A stretch of DNA of 64,000 nt from an uncultured delta proteobacterium. GTDB taxonomy: Bacteria > Myxococcota_A > Polyangia > Fen-1088. Of this stretch, positions 39,818 to 52,087 are shown in pieces. Location: positions 352,001 through 416,000 of the forward strand of contig CAWCMR010000025.1 in NCBI GenBank assembly GCA_963796685.1. The letters run 5' to 3'. The notes below the pieces were generated by a model. That model was not told the origin of the DNA and searched no databases. It was given only the letters and a program-made list of their open reading frames with translations. The translations under genes were made by a program, and so were the position numbers. Position 1 is the first letter of the stretch; each line of letters starts with the position of its first letter.

Positions 39818-41434
39818 TCACTCGAACCCCTGGCCAGCCCTGGCATCTTGCGAGTCGTACCCGGCACCCGCATCGCCCCCACACTGCGAGGACAGCACGC
39901 TGACCCACGAGCTGTTTCCCGTGAGTAAATCAGGGTAGCCGTCGCCATTGAAGTCGCCGGCCGCAACGCCCGAAGGCATGTTGTCCGCATATAGGATGGG
40001 CTGTGAGAACCCGCCTCTGCCGTCTCCCATCAGGACCGCCACCTCTTCGACGACGTCGCCACCATCCGGCGAGAGCCGTAGCCCCGTGGCGATGTCGAGC
40101 TTGCCGTCGCCATTGAAGTCGGTTGCGACCAGGGAGCCGGGGCGTCCGCCTGCATCGATCGTGGCCGGTGTGCCGAACACGCCGTTGCCGGGATTGGCAT
40201 AAAGAAACAAGTGATCGCCGGTGGTGTCGCCCACGATCAAGTCGGTGTGACCGGTGCCCTCGAAGTCGCCGGACACGATGGAGGTCGCGGTAGCAAGCCC
40301 GCTCGATGAAATCGGCCCGAAGTTGTAGGTGGCGCCTGCCGTGAGCGCGCCGGTGCCGTCGTTGAAGAACGTCTCGATCGAGGACGGCTGAAACGAACGC
40401 AACCCCACGACGACGTCGAGTGCCCCGTCGCCATCGAGGTCCGCGAGGGCTATCGTGTCGGGATTGCTGGTCGGATACGCAACGGGGGCAGCGAACGTGC
40501 CGTCGCCGCGATTGAGGAGCACCGCCAACGTATTGGCGTTGTAGTTGGTTACGACGAAGTCGGGATGGCCATCGCCGTTCAAGTCGCCCACCGCGAGACC
40601 GGAGGCAAAGTTTCCGCCCGAGTCGTAGTAGGCGGGGCTGGCGAAGGTGCCGTCGCCGTGGTTGATGAGGACCGCCACTTCGCCGTCGCACCCGTTGCTG
40701 CAACACTGCCCGCCGCAACTCGGTCGACCATCCGCGACCGCGATGTCCACATAGCCGTCGCCATTGAAGTCGCCCGTGGCGACTTGATTCGCCCAGGGCG
40801 TGCCCGCGTACATGACTTGCGGGGCGAACCCGCCATCGCCGTTGTTGATGAAGACGCTCACCGTTTCGTTCTGGTCGGTGGCCGCGAAATCGAGATGCCC
40901 GTCGTGATTGAAGTCGCCCGCCGCCACACGGGTCGGGTGCATCGACGAAGGCGAGCCCTCCGCGTAGGTTTCCAATGCGGAGAGCCCGCCCCACGCGCAC
41001 GCGCGGGCCCGGGCGTCGATGGCGTCCGCATCGGGCATCGCATCTCGGGCGGCCTCGAGTGCCCTATCCGGCGTTGCACGTGCGTCGGCGTCAGGCGAGT
41101 TGTCCGCGGCGAGATCTCCGCGGGCATCGGGCGCGATGTCGCGGGCGCGGTCTTGGCCGAGATCGGGCGCGATGTCGCGGGCGCGGTCTTGGCCGAGATC
41201 GGGTGCGGCATCGCGGGCGCGGTCTTGGCCGAGATCGGGCGCGGCATCGCGGGCGCGGTCTTGGCCGAGATCGGGTGCGGTGTCGCGGGCCGTTTCAACG
41301 GGTTCGATCTGTGCGGCGTCGCGTGTGGGCAGGGAATGGAGAGGCGTGCGTCCGCACCCGAGGGCAAGCAGCATCCACACGAGGCTGGCAGAAGAAAAGC
41401 GTATCGTCTCCCCCGGATCAGGAACCTGCGACAT
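39818..41434 (-). CDS. FG-GAP/VCBS repeat lipoprotein with 12-aa repeat stalk
   Basis: Lipobox ALGC, multiple GDFNGDG..D repeats, and ARD.APDLGQDR repeats. Confidence 0.85.
   Translation of the reverse strand: MSQVPDPGETIRFSSASLVWMLLALGCGRTPLHSLPTRDAAQIEPVETARDTAPDLGQDRARDAAPDLGQDRARDAAPDLGQDRARDIAPDLGQDRARDIAPDARGDLAADNSPDADARATPDRALEAARDAMPDADAIDARARACAWGGLSALETYAEGSPSSMHPTRVAAGDFNHDGHLDFAATDQNETVSVFINNGDGGFAPQVMYAGTPWANQVATGDFNGDGYVDIAVADGRPSCGGQCCSNGCDGEVAVLINHGDGTFASPAYYDSGGNFASGLAVGDLNGDGHPDFVVTNYNANTLAVLLNRGDGTFAAPVAYPTSNPDTIALADLDGDGALDVVVGLRSFQPSSIETFFNDGTGALTAGATYNFGPISSSGLATATSIVSGDFEGTGHTDLIVGDTTGDHLFLYANPGNGVFGTPATIDAGGRPGSLVATDFNGDGKLDIATGLRLSPDGGDVVEEVAVLMGDGRGGFSQPILYADNMPSGVAAGDFNGDGYPDLLTGNSSWVSVLSSQCGGDAGAGYDSQDARAGQGFE
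41126..41290. repeat. 36-bp coding tandem repeat, about 4.5 copies
   Basis: ATCGGG recurs at 41126, 41162, 41198, 41234 and 41270. Confidence 0.9.
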
Positions 41435-41475
41435 CACGACGCTCGACGAATACGTTCGGCAGCACATCGACGCCT

Positions 41476-41700
41476 CTACCGCCGTTTCGAATCGGGATAA
41501 TCGAAGGCGAGGCCATCCGATTTGTACTCGCCCCAGCCGAGGAAGTCGTTGCGCTTTTGAAGCGCCTCTTCATACGTCTGCGCCTCGACGAGGCAGATAA
41601 CCCTGGCATCGCCATCCTTGAGGTGCTCTGCCGACTTGTCGCCCTCGTGGAGAAGGGTGTACGAGCATTCGGAATCTGAGTACCAGAGCTGATATTTCAT
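41476..41700 (-). CDS. Small hypothetical protein
   Basis: GGGGAG RBS; EAQTYEEALQKRNDFLGWGEYK. Confidence 0.6.
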   Translation of the reverse strand: MKYQLWYSDSECSYTLLHEGDKSAEHLKDGDARVICLVEAQTYEEALQKRNDFLGWGEYKSDGLAFDYPDSKRR

Positions 41701-42039
41701 GTGCTCCCCTTGTCTGCCCCGCATTCTACGCCGAAAGCTCCAGGTTTTATTCGGCTGTCAGGGCATGATGCCGCCGGTGTGCATTCCCTAGTCGCCGACG
41801 AGGCTGCCCTAACGCGGCGCTAGGCCGCAAAATTCTCAAGAAATGCGAAGTCCCTCCGTGCGCTGACGCATCCATCGCCCGCGCCGCAACTGGGGCTTTG
41901 GAACCCGCGTCTTTGGCGGCGTCGCTGAAACGGAACTCCCAGGCTTCTGCCACTGCAGATGACGATGGGATCGCTAGAAACGAATTCGTGCGCGGCTTCG
42001 GTCGCGCCGGTCAATGGAACCAGTCATGAAAAGGCAAAG

Positions 42040-43708
42040 ATGCACAAATTGGGAGGGATTTCCCGCGCCATTCTTCTCTCGGTGCTGTGTGTAGCCGCCT
42101 CTGCCCTCTTTGCTCCGAGCACGTCGGCAAGCACCAATCAGTTCAAAGGTGTCAACTGGGCCGATTCGCGGGACAACTTCCAGGCTGGTGTCCTATACGT
42201 TTCTGGCCTCTCCTCGTCCGACACCTACGCGTCGGCGTTGGCCACGGGAAACAGCGTCATGGACCAGTTCGTGTCGAAGCTTGGCGCGAACGCCGTCCGA
42301 ATGCCCATCAACGAGGCGACCGTTTCGACCTTCTGGAGCACGTACACGGGCGCGATTGACGCGGTCCTTGCCAAGGGCGCGGTCGTGCTCTGCTACTGGG
42401 ACAGCGCCAAGAGCAACAAGCCCCCGGACATGAACGCATTCTGGAGCATGTGGAAGACCGTGGTCGACAAGTACGGCAGCAACGACAATGCCTACTTCGA
42501 AATCTTCAACGAGCCGAACATGTACAGCAAGACCGATTCTGGCTGCGCTCTACACGAGCTGGTTGACCCAATTCTCGACCGTGCCCAAGGCCAGGGTCAT
42601 TCTCGACGGAACCGGCAACGCGCAGAACGTTCCCGATATCGGCTCGGTCGCTTCGCTGGACGGCTGCCTGCTGGCCGTGCACGACTACAGCTTCTTTGGT
42701 TCGGATACTTGGACCACCGAATCGCAATGGGTCAGTCAATTCAAGGGCGAAGTCGGCACCTATTCCGACCGGACCGTGTGCACGGAATGGGGCGGCCCCA
42801 TGAGCCCGGGCAGCAAGAACGGGATCAGCTACGGATCTTTGGACTATAGCCAGTCTCCCACGAACTACTTCGAGGCCTACCTCCGCGGCATGAGCAGCCA
42901 GCTGCGCGCATGGGACATGGGAAGCTTCTACTGGCCCGGCCTCCGCGACGGCGACTGGTACAGCATGACGACCCGGAGCGGAACCGGCGCCAACCTGCAA
43001 CTTACGGTTTCGAATCAGTCCGGGTTGGCGCAGCTACAGAATGCGTGGACGGGCCCACCGCCAGGGACTGGCGGCACTTCCGGCAGCGGCGGCCGTGGCG
43101 GATCCGACGCAGGCTCCGGCGGAACCACCACAGTCGGCTCCGGCGGGACAACGACTACCGCCGCAGGAGGGAGCTCGGGCGCGGGCGGTACGTCGTCGGG
43201 AGGCACAGGCGGCGCCGCGGGGGCATCCGCCAGCTCCGGAGGAGCCGGCGGCGCCAGCGCTCGAGGCGGTGCAGATGCGGGCAGCGGCGGAGCGGCGGGC
43301 ACGACGGCCGGCGGAACCGGGGGTGTGCTTGGCACGGGTGGGACGACCGCGACGGGCGGCGTGACGACCGGCTCCGGCGGCACGATTGCCGCTACCGGTG
43401 GCAGCTTCGGGAGTGGAAGCTCCGGCAGAAGCGGCAGCGGCGGCGCCGGACAGGGTGGACTCAGCTCTGCCGGAACCTCGCCGGCAGCGGGGGGGAGCGG
43501 CTCGGGGTGCACGTGCAACATCGGGCTCGCGTCGCCTGTGAGCCTCGGCCGCCTGCCCTTGATGCTTGGCTTGCTCGGCCTGGTAACCTTACGACGTTTG
43601 CGGCGGCGCGGCCGCGCCTTACCGCGCGGCTGGCGGCGTTGGGGCTTGGCTCGCGGTTCTTCGCCCGCTGGTTTCTCACCTGGGCAGGGTAGTCGGTTGG
43701 TACCATAA
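42040..43708 (+). CDS. Secreted GH5 glycoside hydrolase with Gly/Ser/Thr linker and MYXO-CTERM-like tail; frameshift near 42535
   Basis: Signal peptide, VRMPIN, FEIFNEP (acid/base), AVHDY and CTEWG (nucleophile). Tail is GCTC + hydrophobic + RRLRRR. Confidence 0.82.
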
Positions 43709-43720
43709 GGAAGCACCACC

Positions 43721-45265
43721 ATGAAAAAGCTACTCGCCGTCCTCTCTCTCGCCCTGTTCGCCATTGTGACCGTGGGTTGCGCCGGCAGTACGTCGGCCCC
43801 CGAGCCACGACAGAGCGGCGGTGCCACGGGCAGCGGCGGGTCCAGCCAAAGCGCGGGCGGAAGCCAAGGCAAGGGGGGCGGCTCCGGCTCGGGTGGCTCG
43901 GCCACGGGCGGCGTCACGGCGACCGGTGGCGGCGCCGGCAACGGCGGGGGCGTCGGCTCGGGCGGCACCAGCGCCGCGGGCGGAACGGCCGGCAGCGGTG
44001 GCAGCGCGGGCTCCGGGGGCACCAGCGCCTCCGGTGGACAGACCTCGGGAGGTGCCGGTGGCGGCGGTAGCAGCACGACCGGCGGTTCCGATGCCGGCAC
44101 CGGCCGCGATGGCTCGACCGCGTCGGGCGGGCGAGCCACGGGGGGCACGACGGGCGCCGGCGGCACGACGGGCACCGGCGGCACGACGAGCACCGGCGGC
44201 GCGACGAGCACCGGCGGCACGACCGGCCAGCTCACGCCCCAGGACGCGGTTAAGCTCATGTCGCCCGGCTGGAACCTCGGCAACTCGTTCGACGCGACCC
44301 CCAACGAGACGAGCTGGGGCAACCCCACGCCCAGTCAGACGCTGATCAAGGCGGTGCACGCGGCGGGGTTCAAGCTGCTGCGACTGCCTGTGGGCTGGAC
44401 CGACCACATCGGCGCCGGGCCCTCCTACACCATCGACTCGGCGTGGATGAACAAGGTCAAGCAGACCGCACAGTGGGCGGTCGACGACGGGATGTACGTC
44501 TTCCTCAACACGCACCACGATTCGGACGGCGGCAACGGCGGCTGGGTTTCGTTCCCCTCGACGACCTCGGCCGCACAGACGGTGGCGACCGAGGTCACGG
44601 CGGTGTGGACCCAGATCGCCAACGCCTTCAAACCCTTCGATGGCAAGCTGATGTTCGAGTGCTTCAACGAGCCCAACTACACGGCCGGCCGGAGCACCCA
44701 GGCGGAGATCGACCTCAACCTGTACCTCGAGGCGTGCTTCAAGGCGATCCGCGACACCGGCGGCGCCAACAGTACCCGCATCGTCATGATCCAGCCCATC
44801 GGCGCCAGCCCCATCCAGGCCGGGATCCAGAACATTCAAAAGGTCAGCTTCATCAATGACCCGAACCTGGTCATCTCGCTGCACACCTACTACCCGACCA
44901 ATTTCGGATTGAGCACGACGCCCTACGCGTGGGGTAGCGCGGCCGACTACACCGACATGAAGAATTCGCTCGCCCAGCAGATCCGCGTTTGGCTGCCCAC
45001 GCAGGTGATCTTCATCGGCGAATGGGGCTCGATGAACGCGCAGGCGGCCGCCACCCGGGCCGCACACGCCCAGGCCTATGGGCAGGACACGACGACCGCC
45101 AACGTCGTTCCCATCTGGTGGGACAACGGCGGCTCGGGCAGCGAATCCTTCGCGCTCTTCGATCGCAACAGCGCTGCCGTGACCCAGTCGGCGATCGTCG
45201 ATGGCCTGATGACGGGCGTAAAGAACGGCCTGGCGTCGCCCAACAACTGGGCGACCGGCCCGTAA
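43721..45265 (+). CDS. GH5 endoglucanase-like lipoprotein (GH5_4-like)
   Basis: Lipobox TVGC, Gly-rich linker, GWNLGNSFDA, LRLPVGW, NTHHD, FNEP, IGEWG and WWDNG. Confidence 0.92.
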   Translation: MKKLLAVLSLALFAIVTVGCAGSTSAPEPRQSGGATGSGGSSQSAGGSQGKGGGSGSGGSATGGVTATGGGAGNGGGVGSGGTSAAGGTAGSGGSAGSGGTSASGGQTSGGAGGGGSSTTGGSDAGTGRDGSTASGGRATGGTTGAGGTTGTGGTTSTGGATSTGGTTGQLTPQDAVKLMSPGWNLGNSFDATPNETSWGNPTPSQTLIKAVHAAGFKLLRLPVGWTDHIGAGPSYTIDSAWMNKVKQTAQWAVDDGMYVFLNTHHDSDGGNGGWVSFPSTTSAAQTVATEVTAVWTQIANAFKPFDGKLMFECFNEPNYTAGRSTQAEIDLNLYLEACFKAIRDTGGANSTRIVMIQPIGASPIQAGIQNIQKVSFINDPNLVISLHTYYPTNFGLSTTPYAWGSAADYTDMKNSLAQQIRVWLPTQVIFIGEWGSMNAQAAATRAAHAQAYGQDTTTANVVPIWWDNGGSGSESFALFDRNSAAVTQSAIVDGLMTGVKNGLASPNNWATGP

Positions 45266-45313
45266 CCGATGCGCATGGAAGCCAGTAATTTTCTCCGACG
45301 GAAGAGAGAGCCC

Positions 45314-46966
45314 ATGAATCCGTGGATGCTCACATCCATGCTGATGGCCGCGATGGCAATTGCGGGCGACGGTTGTTCTAGCAACTCGACACGTGCGAGC
45401 GGTGGATCCGGCGGTACGTCGAGCTCAGGTGGAATGAGCGACAGCGGTGGCTCGCCAGGCTCTGGAGGAAACACGAGCTCAGGGGGCCAACCACAAGCTG
45501 GCACGATGGGGCGAGGTGGGGCCGTGTCGGGAGGCCAGTCAGGAACGGCGGGAGCAAGCTCGACCGGGGGGCTGAGCTCCTCGGGGGGCCTCACCGGCTC
45601 GGGCGGAGCGAGCTCCGACGGCGGGAGTGGCGGCAAAGACGGCGGCAGCGGAAGCGGCGGGACCGACGCACGCAGCGGCACCGGCGGGTCAGCTATGGGC
45701 GGTGGAACGGGCACGGGTGGCGGTGCTAGAACTGGGACCGGCGCCGGGGGAAACATCGGCGGCACAACCGGCACGTCCCCCGCCAGCGGGGGCGTACCCG
45801 GCGCCGGCGGAACCGGTGCGGGTGGCACCACCGCCAGCTCTTCAGGGCCGCCCATGGGTTGGGCGTCGTGGAATAGCTTTGCCGCCACGATCACCTACAA
45901 CGTCATAAAGACGCAAGCGGACGCCATGGCATCAAGCGGGCTCGAGGCGGCCGGGTACCAATATGTCAACATCGACGAGGGTTGGTGGCAGGGCACGCGT
46001 GACAGCTCTGGCAAAATCACGGTCGACACGTCCGTTTGGCCGGGCGGGATGCAGGCCATCGCCGACTACATCCACGGGCTCGGACTCAAGGCGGGAATCT
46101 ATACCGACGCCGGGAAAGATGGCTGTGGCTACTACTACCCAACCGGGCGCCCAGCCGCGCCGGGATCCGGCAGCGAAGGTCACTACGACCAGGACTTTCT
46201 GCAGTTCTCGCAGTGGGGCTTCGACTTCGTCAAAGTGGACTGGTGCGGCGGTTCTTCGGAGGGCCTCGACCCGAAGACCGCGTACCAGGCGATCAGCAAC
46301 TCCATCGCCAAGGCTACCGCGCAGACGGGACGCCCCATGGTGCTCTCGGTCTGCGACTGGGGCAACGGGAGCCCCTGGAATTGGGCACCCAGCATGTCCA
46401 CGATGTGGCGCACGAGTCAGGACATCATCTACTACGGCAATGCGCCCGACATGGCCAAAGTCCTCTCCAACTTCGACTCTGCTCAACATCCGACCGCGCA
46501 AAGCCCGGGTCACTACAACGATCCGGACATGCTCATCGTCGGCATGTCGGGTTTCTCCCTGGCACAAAACCGAACCCACATGGCCTTGTGGGCAATCTCG
46601 GGCGCTCCCTTGTTGGCAGGCAACAAGCTGGACAGCATGAGCGCCGACACGAAGAGCGTCCTGACGAACGGCGATGTGATTGCGATCGACCAGGACCCAC
46701 TGGCCAAGCAGGGCTCCAAGGTCTCGGACAGCGGGGGACTACAGGTCTACAGCAAGCAGCTCTCGGGGACCGGACGTCGCGCCGTGCTTCTGCTCAACCG
46801 AACCACGTCGACAGCGACCATCACCGTGCACTTTTCCGATATCGGTCTAGGGGCGACCGCATCGGTGCGGGATGTCTGGGCGGGGACAGACTTGGGGAGC
46901 AAGACGACGAGCTATGCCGCCAGCGTTGCGTCCAACGACTCCGTGCTACTGATCCTATCGGAGTGA
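45314..46966 (+). CDS. GH27 alpha-galactosidase-like exported protein
   Basis: PPMGWASWN, VNIDEGW, GIYTDAG, FVKVDWC, MWRTSQD and YNDPDML. Confidence 0.93.
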   Translation: MNPWMLTSMLMAAMAIAGDGCSSNSTRASGGSGGTSSSGGMSDSGGSPGSGGNTSSGGQPQAGTMGRGGAVSGGQSGTAGASSTGGLSSSGGLTGSGGASSDGGSGGKDGGSGSGGTDARSGTGGSAMGGGTGTGGGARTGTGAGGNIGGTTGTSPASGGVPGAGGTGAGGTTASSSGPPMGWASWNSFAATITYNVIKTQADAMASSGLEAAGYQYVNIDEGWWQGTRDSSGKITVDTSVWPGGMQAIADYIHGLGLKAGIYTDAGKDGCGYYYPTGRPAAPGSGSEGHYDQDFLQFSQWGFDFVKVDWCGGSSEGLDPKTAYQAISNSIAKATAQTGRPMVLSVCDWGNGSPWNWAPSMSTMWRTSQDIIYYGNAPDMAKVLSNFDSAQHPTAQSPGHYNDPDMLIVGMSGFSLAQNRTHMALWAISGAPLLAGNKLDSMSADTKSVLTNGDVIAIDQDPLAKQGSKVSDSGGLQVYSKQLSGTGRRAVLLLNRTTSTATITVHFSDIGLGATASVRDVWAGTDLGSKTTSYAASVASNDSVLLILSE

Positions 46967-47091
46967 TTGGTGCTTCTGGGTTTCTGAACGCCATGCGGTG
47001 TCACGGTTTCTCCACGACCAGAGGGCGCTCGCCCCGATGCAAAAACGGCACCCATACGATTGCTTCGTGCGCGTGCTACTCTGCGCCGGTC

Positions 47092-48354
47092 GTGAACCCC
47101 ACGCTCGTGCCCTCTCGCCGTCTTCTTTCCACGCCTGTTGGCCTGGTAACGCTGGCCTTGCTCGCCTTCGCCTGCTCGACTGGTTCCGAGCCCGGGACGT
47201 CTCCACGTACGGGTGGCAGCGGTGGTACGGGTGGGAGCGCTGCCGGTGGTACGGGCGGCGCGCCGACTTCGTGCACGGGCTGCTTTTCAGGACCGCGGCT
47301 GACGGGGGTGAACTGGTTTGGGTTCGAGACCAGCAACTTCTCGCCCCACGGCTTGTGGGCACGCGACTACCGATCGATGTTGCGGCAGATCAAAGAGCTC
47401 GGCTTCAACAGCATCCGCCTGCCCTGGTGCAACGACATGCTGACCGCCAGCCCGAGCGGAATGCAGATCAATGCCTACGGCACCGACCCCTACACCGGGG
47501 AGCTGGGGCTCAACCTCGATCTCGATGGCCTGTCGTCCCTCGAGGTGATGGACAAGATCTTGGACGAGTGCAACCGCATCGGCTTGAAGGTCATCCTGGA
47601 CAATCACTCGCGCGCCCACGACGACTACATGAACGAGACGCTGTGGTACAAGGACGGCTACACCGAGGACGCCTGGATCGCGGACTGGGTCTCGCTGATC
47701 GACCGCTACAAGAACAATCCTGCGGTGGTGGCCGCGGATCTCAAGAACGAGCCCCACGGCAACACCACCACGGGCATGAAGCCGCCCGCCACCTGGGGCT
47801 ACGACGCGCAAGGCTACGGCAACACCGACTGGCGCAAGGCCGCCGCCAAGTGCGGGCAAGCCATCGTCGCGGCCAATCCGTCCATCACCGTCATCGTCGA
47901 GGGCGTCGAGAACTACCAAGGCGACAATTATTGGTGGGGCGGCAATCTGGAGGGCGTGGCCGACGCCCCCATCACCGAGATCCCGTCGGGCAACCTGTGG
48001 TACTCGGCGCACGAGTATGGCCCCGAGGTTTACAACCAGCCGTGGTTCCAGACGGCCGACTTTCCAAACAACCTGCAAGGCATTTGGGACAGCAAATTCT
48101 GGTTCGTGCAGAAGCAGAAGATCGCGCCGGTGTTCATCGGCGAATTCGGTATCAAGGAGGCCTCCGCCGCGGACCCCAGCTCGGTCCCGTACCAATGGCT
48201 GACCACCTTCATGCGAACAATCGGTGGCCAGGCCAGCTGGACCTTTTGGAGCATGAACCCGAACTCCGGCGACACCGAGGGCATTCTCAAGGACGATTGG
48301 GTATCGGTGAACGAGGCCAAGTACAACCTCATCAAGCCCTACCTGGCGCCGTAG
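47092..48354 (+). CDS. GH5 endoglucanase-like lipoprotein (GH5_1-like)
   Basis: Lipobox AFAC, GVNWFGFET, PHGLW.RDY, DLKNEPH, WWGGNL, YSAHEYG, IGEFG and NPNSGDT.G. Confidence 0.92.
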   Translation: MNPTLVPSRRLLSTPVGLVTLALLAFACSTGSEPGTSPRTGGSGGTGGSAAGGTGGAPTSCTGCFSGPRLTGVNWFGFETSNFSPHGLWARDYRSMLRQIKELGFNSIRLPWCNDMLTASPSGMQINAYGTDPYTGELGLNLDLDGLSSLEVMDKILDECNRIGLKVILDNHSRAHDDYMNETLWYKDGYTEDAWIADWVSLIDRYKNNPAVVAADLKNEPHGNTTTGMKPPATWGYDAQGYGNTDWRKAAAKCGQAIVAANPSITVIVEGVENYQGDNYWWGGNLEGVADAPITEIPSGNLWYSAHEYGPEVYNQPWFQTADFPNNLQGIWDSKFWFVQKQKIAPVFIGEFGIKEASAADPSSVPYQWLTTFMRTIGGQASWTFWSMNPNSGDTEGILKDDWVSVNEAKYNLIKPYLAP

Positions 48355-48408
48355 CTCGCGACCGACGCCAAGCCCGTGCGGCGGCATCGACCTCGAGTGG
48401 CGTCCCGC

Positions 48409-50283
<1,875 letters not shown>

Positions 50284-50341
50284 GCCCCTTCTATCGGCAC
50301 AACCTTTGCCGATCTGGAGGAGGCGAGCCGCCCGGCTCGCT

Positions 50342-52087
50342 CTACTGCGGATCGCGCGTTTGGAAGTGGGGCTCGTTGGCGAGATTCACGAACGCATCCA
50401 AAAGGCCGATTTTTCCCGATTGCAAGTCGGAAACCGAGCTCGCGCCCAGGCAGGATTGCGCCGTGCCGAAGGCGTAGGTGGCCAGGTAGTTGGCCACGCA
50501 TTGGTTGGCCTCCGGCACCTGGGCCAGATCCTTCGCCAAGTCTTCCTGTCCCGAAAAGGAGAAGGACTGAGCCCCCGCGATGGCCGGCGTGTACGTGCCC
50601 GAGGCGTCGATGGCAAGGCCACTCTCGGTTTCGCGGTATTGGCCGGCTTCGTTGAAATGCTCGAACCCGAAGCCCAGCGGGTCGAAGAGCTTGTGGCAGC
50701 TCTTGCAGGGCTCGACGCTTGCGTGACTGATTTCGTAGCGCTGGCGGGTCGTCTGCACGCCGGGCGCCGGCGGGGGAATGGGCGGAACGCCCGGGGGCGG
50801 GCTCGGCTTCGTCAGACAGAAGAGACGCGAGTAGGGAAACAACCCACGCTTGGTCGGCGACGACCCGTCCGACGCCGCGTGCACGGACAGGAAGGCCCCT
50901 TGCGCCAGAAGCCCGATTCCCCGCCCGGCCGGGCGGGTCACCGAATCGAAATCCGCCGTAGGCGTCGGAAAGCCGTAGAAGGTCGCCAGCGCCTTGGACG
51001 GGTTGGTGGTGGGCGCGGTCAGCAGGTCTTTGAGGCCGCCCTTGTTCTGGAAGACGACGTCGTCGATGAAGTGACGCGTTTCCTCGACCATGTCCGTGCT
51101 CAGCGCCGGGAAGTTCGACACATTGGTCTTCTGGATGGAGGTGACGTTGCTGTAATCGAAATAGGCGGCGAAGAACCGCTGAAGCGTCTCCTCGCCCGCG
51201 GAGGTCGCCATCATCGCCGCAGCCACCTTGGCCGGCGGATCCATCGACCCGCTCTCGGCCTTGGTCAGAAGATCGTCGGTTGGCGTGGTCCCCGTGTAGG
51301 TGTAGGCGAGCTCGGTCGCCACCTCGACCGGGGTGAGCTTGCGAACGTTTCCTTGGACCGCGCCAATCTCGCTGCGATAGATGGCGTTCGGGCTCTGGAT
51401 GAGCCCCACGGTCATCCATTTGAGGGCGGTCTTGAAGTCGGACTTCGCCAATGACTGGTCGAAGAACGCGAGGTAGCGATCGTGCTCGGATGACGTGAGC
51501 GTACGGCGGAACAAGCGGCGGCCGTACTTGTTCAGAAAGGACTCGGCGCAGGCGTGGTCGGCCGTGCTCGCCGAGCAGGGCAACAGTTGGGCCAGGGGTG
51601 TTCCGACCAGCGCCGTGGCCAACGATTGCGCGGTATCGAGAAGCCCGCTGACCAGTTGGGCGCCGACCGTCGCCTGCGCATCGTTGTCGAAACCGTAACT
51701 GGAGACACCGTTGGCCGGAAGCGACGCGGTCCACTGCCCCTTCACCTCGGGGAAGATGTCGTCGAGAGTATTCTGCAGCTCCCCGTTGGTGAGAAGGCGC
51801 AGCACAGGTGAGCCGTTCGCTGGCTGGGCACAACTTTGCGCATCTGACGACGACGTCGTACCGCCGCTGCCGAGGTCTCCCCCCGCACCCGACCCGACGG
51901 TGGATCCAGCGCTCCCACCTGCGCCCGACCCGACCAGGGATCCGCCGTTGCCGCCCGCGCCGCCCCCATGGACGCCTGCTCCACCGCTCCCGCCCGCTCC
52001 GCCGCTCCCGCCCGCGCGGATGACGGCGCTGGCCCGACACCCGACCAAGGCGCCCAGCAAGGCCAGTCCGAGCCCTATCCGCCTCAC
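50342..52087 (-). CDS. DUF1592/DUF1588/DUF1595-family lipoprotein with CxxCH motif
   Basis: Lipobox LVGC, LRLLTN.EL.NT, GRRLFRR.LT, LIQSP...YR.E, SSPTKRG and CKSCH..FDPLGFGFE.F. Confidence 0.85.
   Translation of the reverse strand: MRRIGLGLALLGALVGCRASAVIRAGGSGGAGGSGGAGVHGGGAGGNGGSLVGSGAGGSAGSTVGSGAGGDLGSGGTTSSSDAQSCAQPANGSPVLRLLTNGELQNTLDDIFPEVKGQWTASLPANGVSSYGFDNDAQATVGAQLVSGLLDTAQSLATALVGTPLAQLLPCSASTADHACAESFLNKYGRRLFRRTLTSSEHDRYLAFFDQSLAKSDFKTALKWMTVGLIQSPNAIYRSEIGAVQGNVRKLTPVEVATELAYTYTGTTPTDDLLTKAESGSMDPPAKVAAAMMATSAGEETLQRFFAAYFDYSNVTSIQKTNVSNFPALSTDMVEETRHFIDDVVFQNKGGLKDLLTAPTTNPSKALATFYGFPTPTADFDSVTRPAGRGIGLLAQGAFLSVHAASDGSSPTKRGLFPYSRLFCLTKPSPPPGVPPIPPPAPGVQTTRQRYEISHASVEPCKSCHKLFDPLGFGFEHFNEAGQYRETESGLAIDASGTYTPAIAGAQSFSFSGQEDLAKDLAQVPEANQCVANYLATYAFGTAQSCLGASSVSDLQSGKIGLLDAFVNLANEPHFQTRDPQ

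Noticed and set aside
41126-41290. 36-bp repeats as a CRISPR array
   Set aside because: They are head-to-tail with no spacers, lie in frame within a CDS, and no cas genes are present.
25132-42000. Integron cassette array or prophage
   Set aside because: No integrase, no recurring attC-like sites, mixed gene orientation and no phage structural genes.
43015-45894. Pro-rich minus-strand ORFs (43015-44328 and 45076-45894)
   Set aside because: They are reverse complements of the Gly-rich linkers in the GH genes.
46036-47091. Long N-terminal extension of the third GH5
   Set aside because: It overlaps the GH27 gene in another frame, and a lipoprotein signal appears only after 47092.
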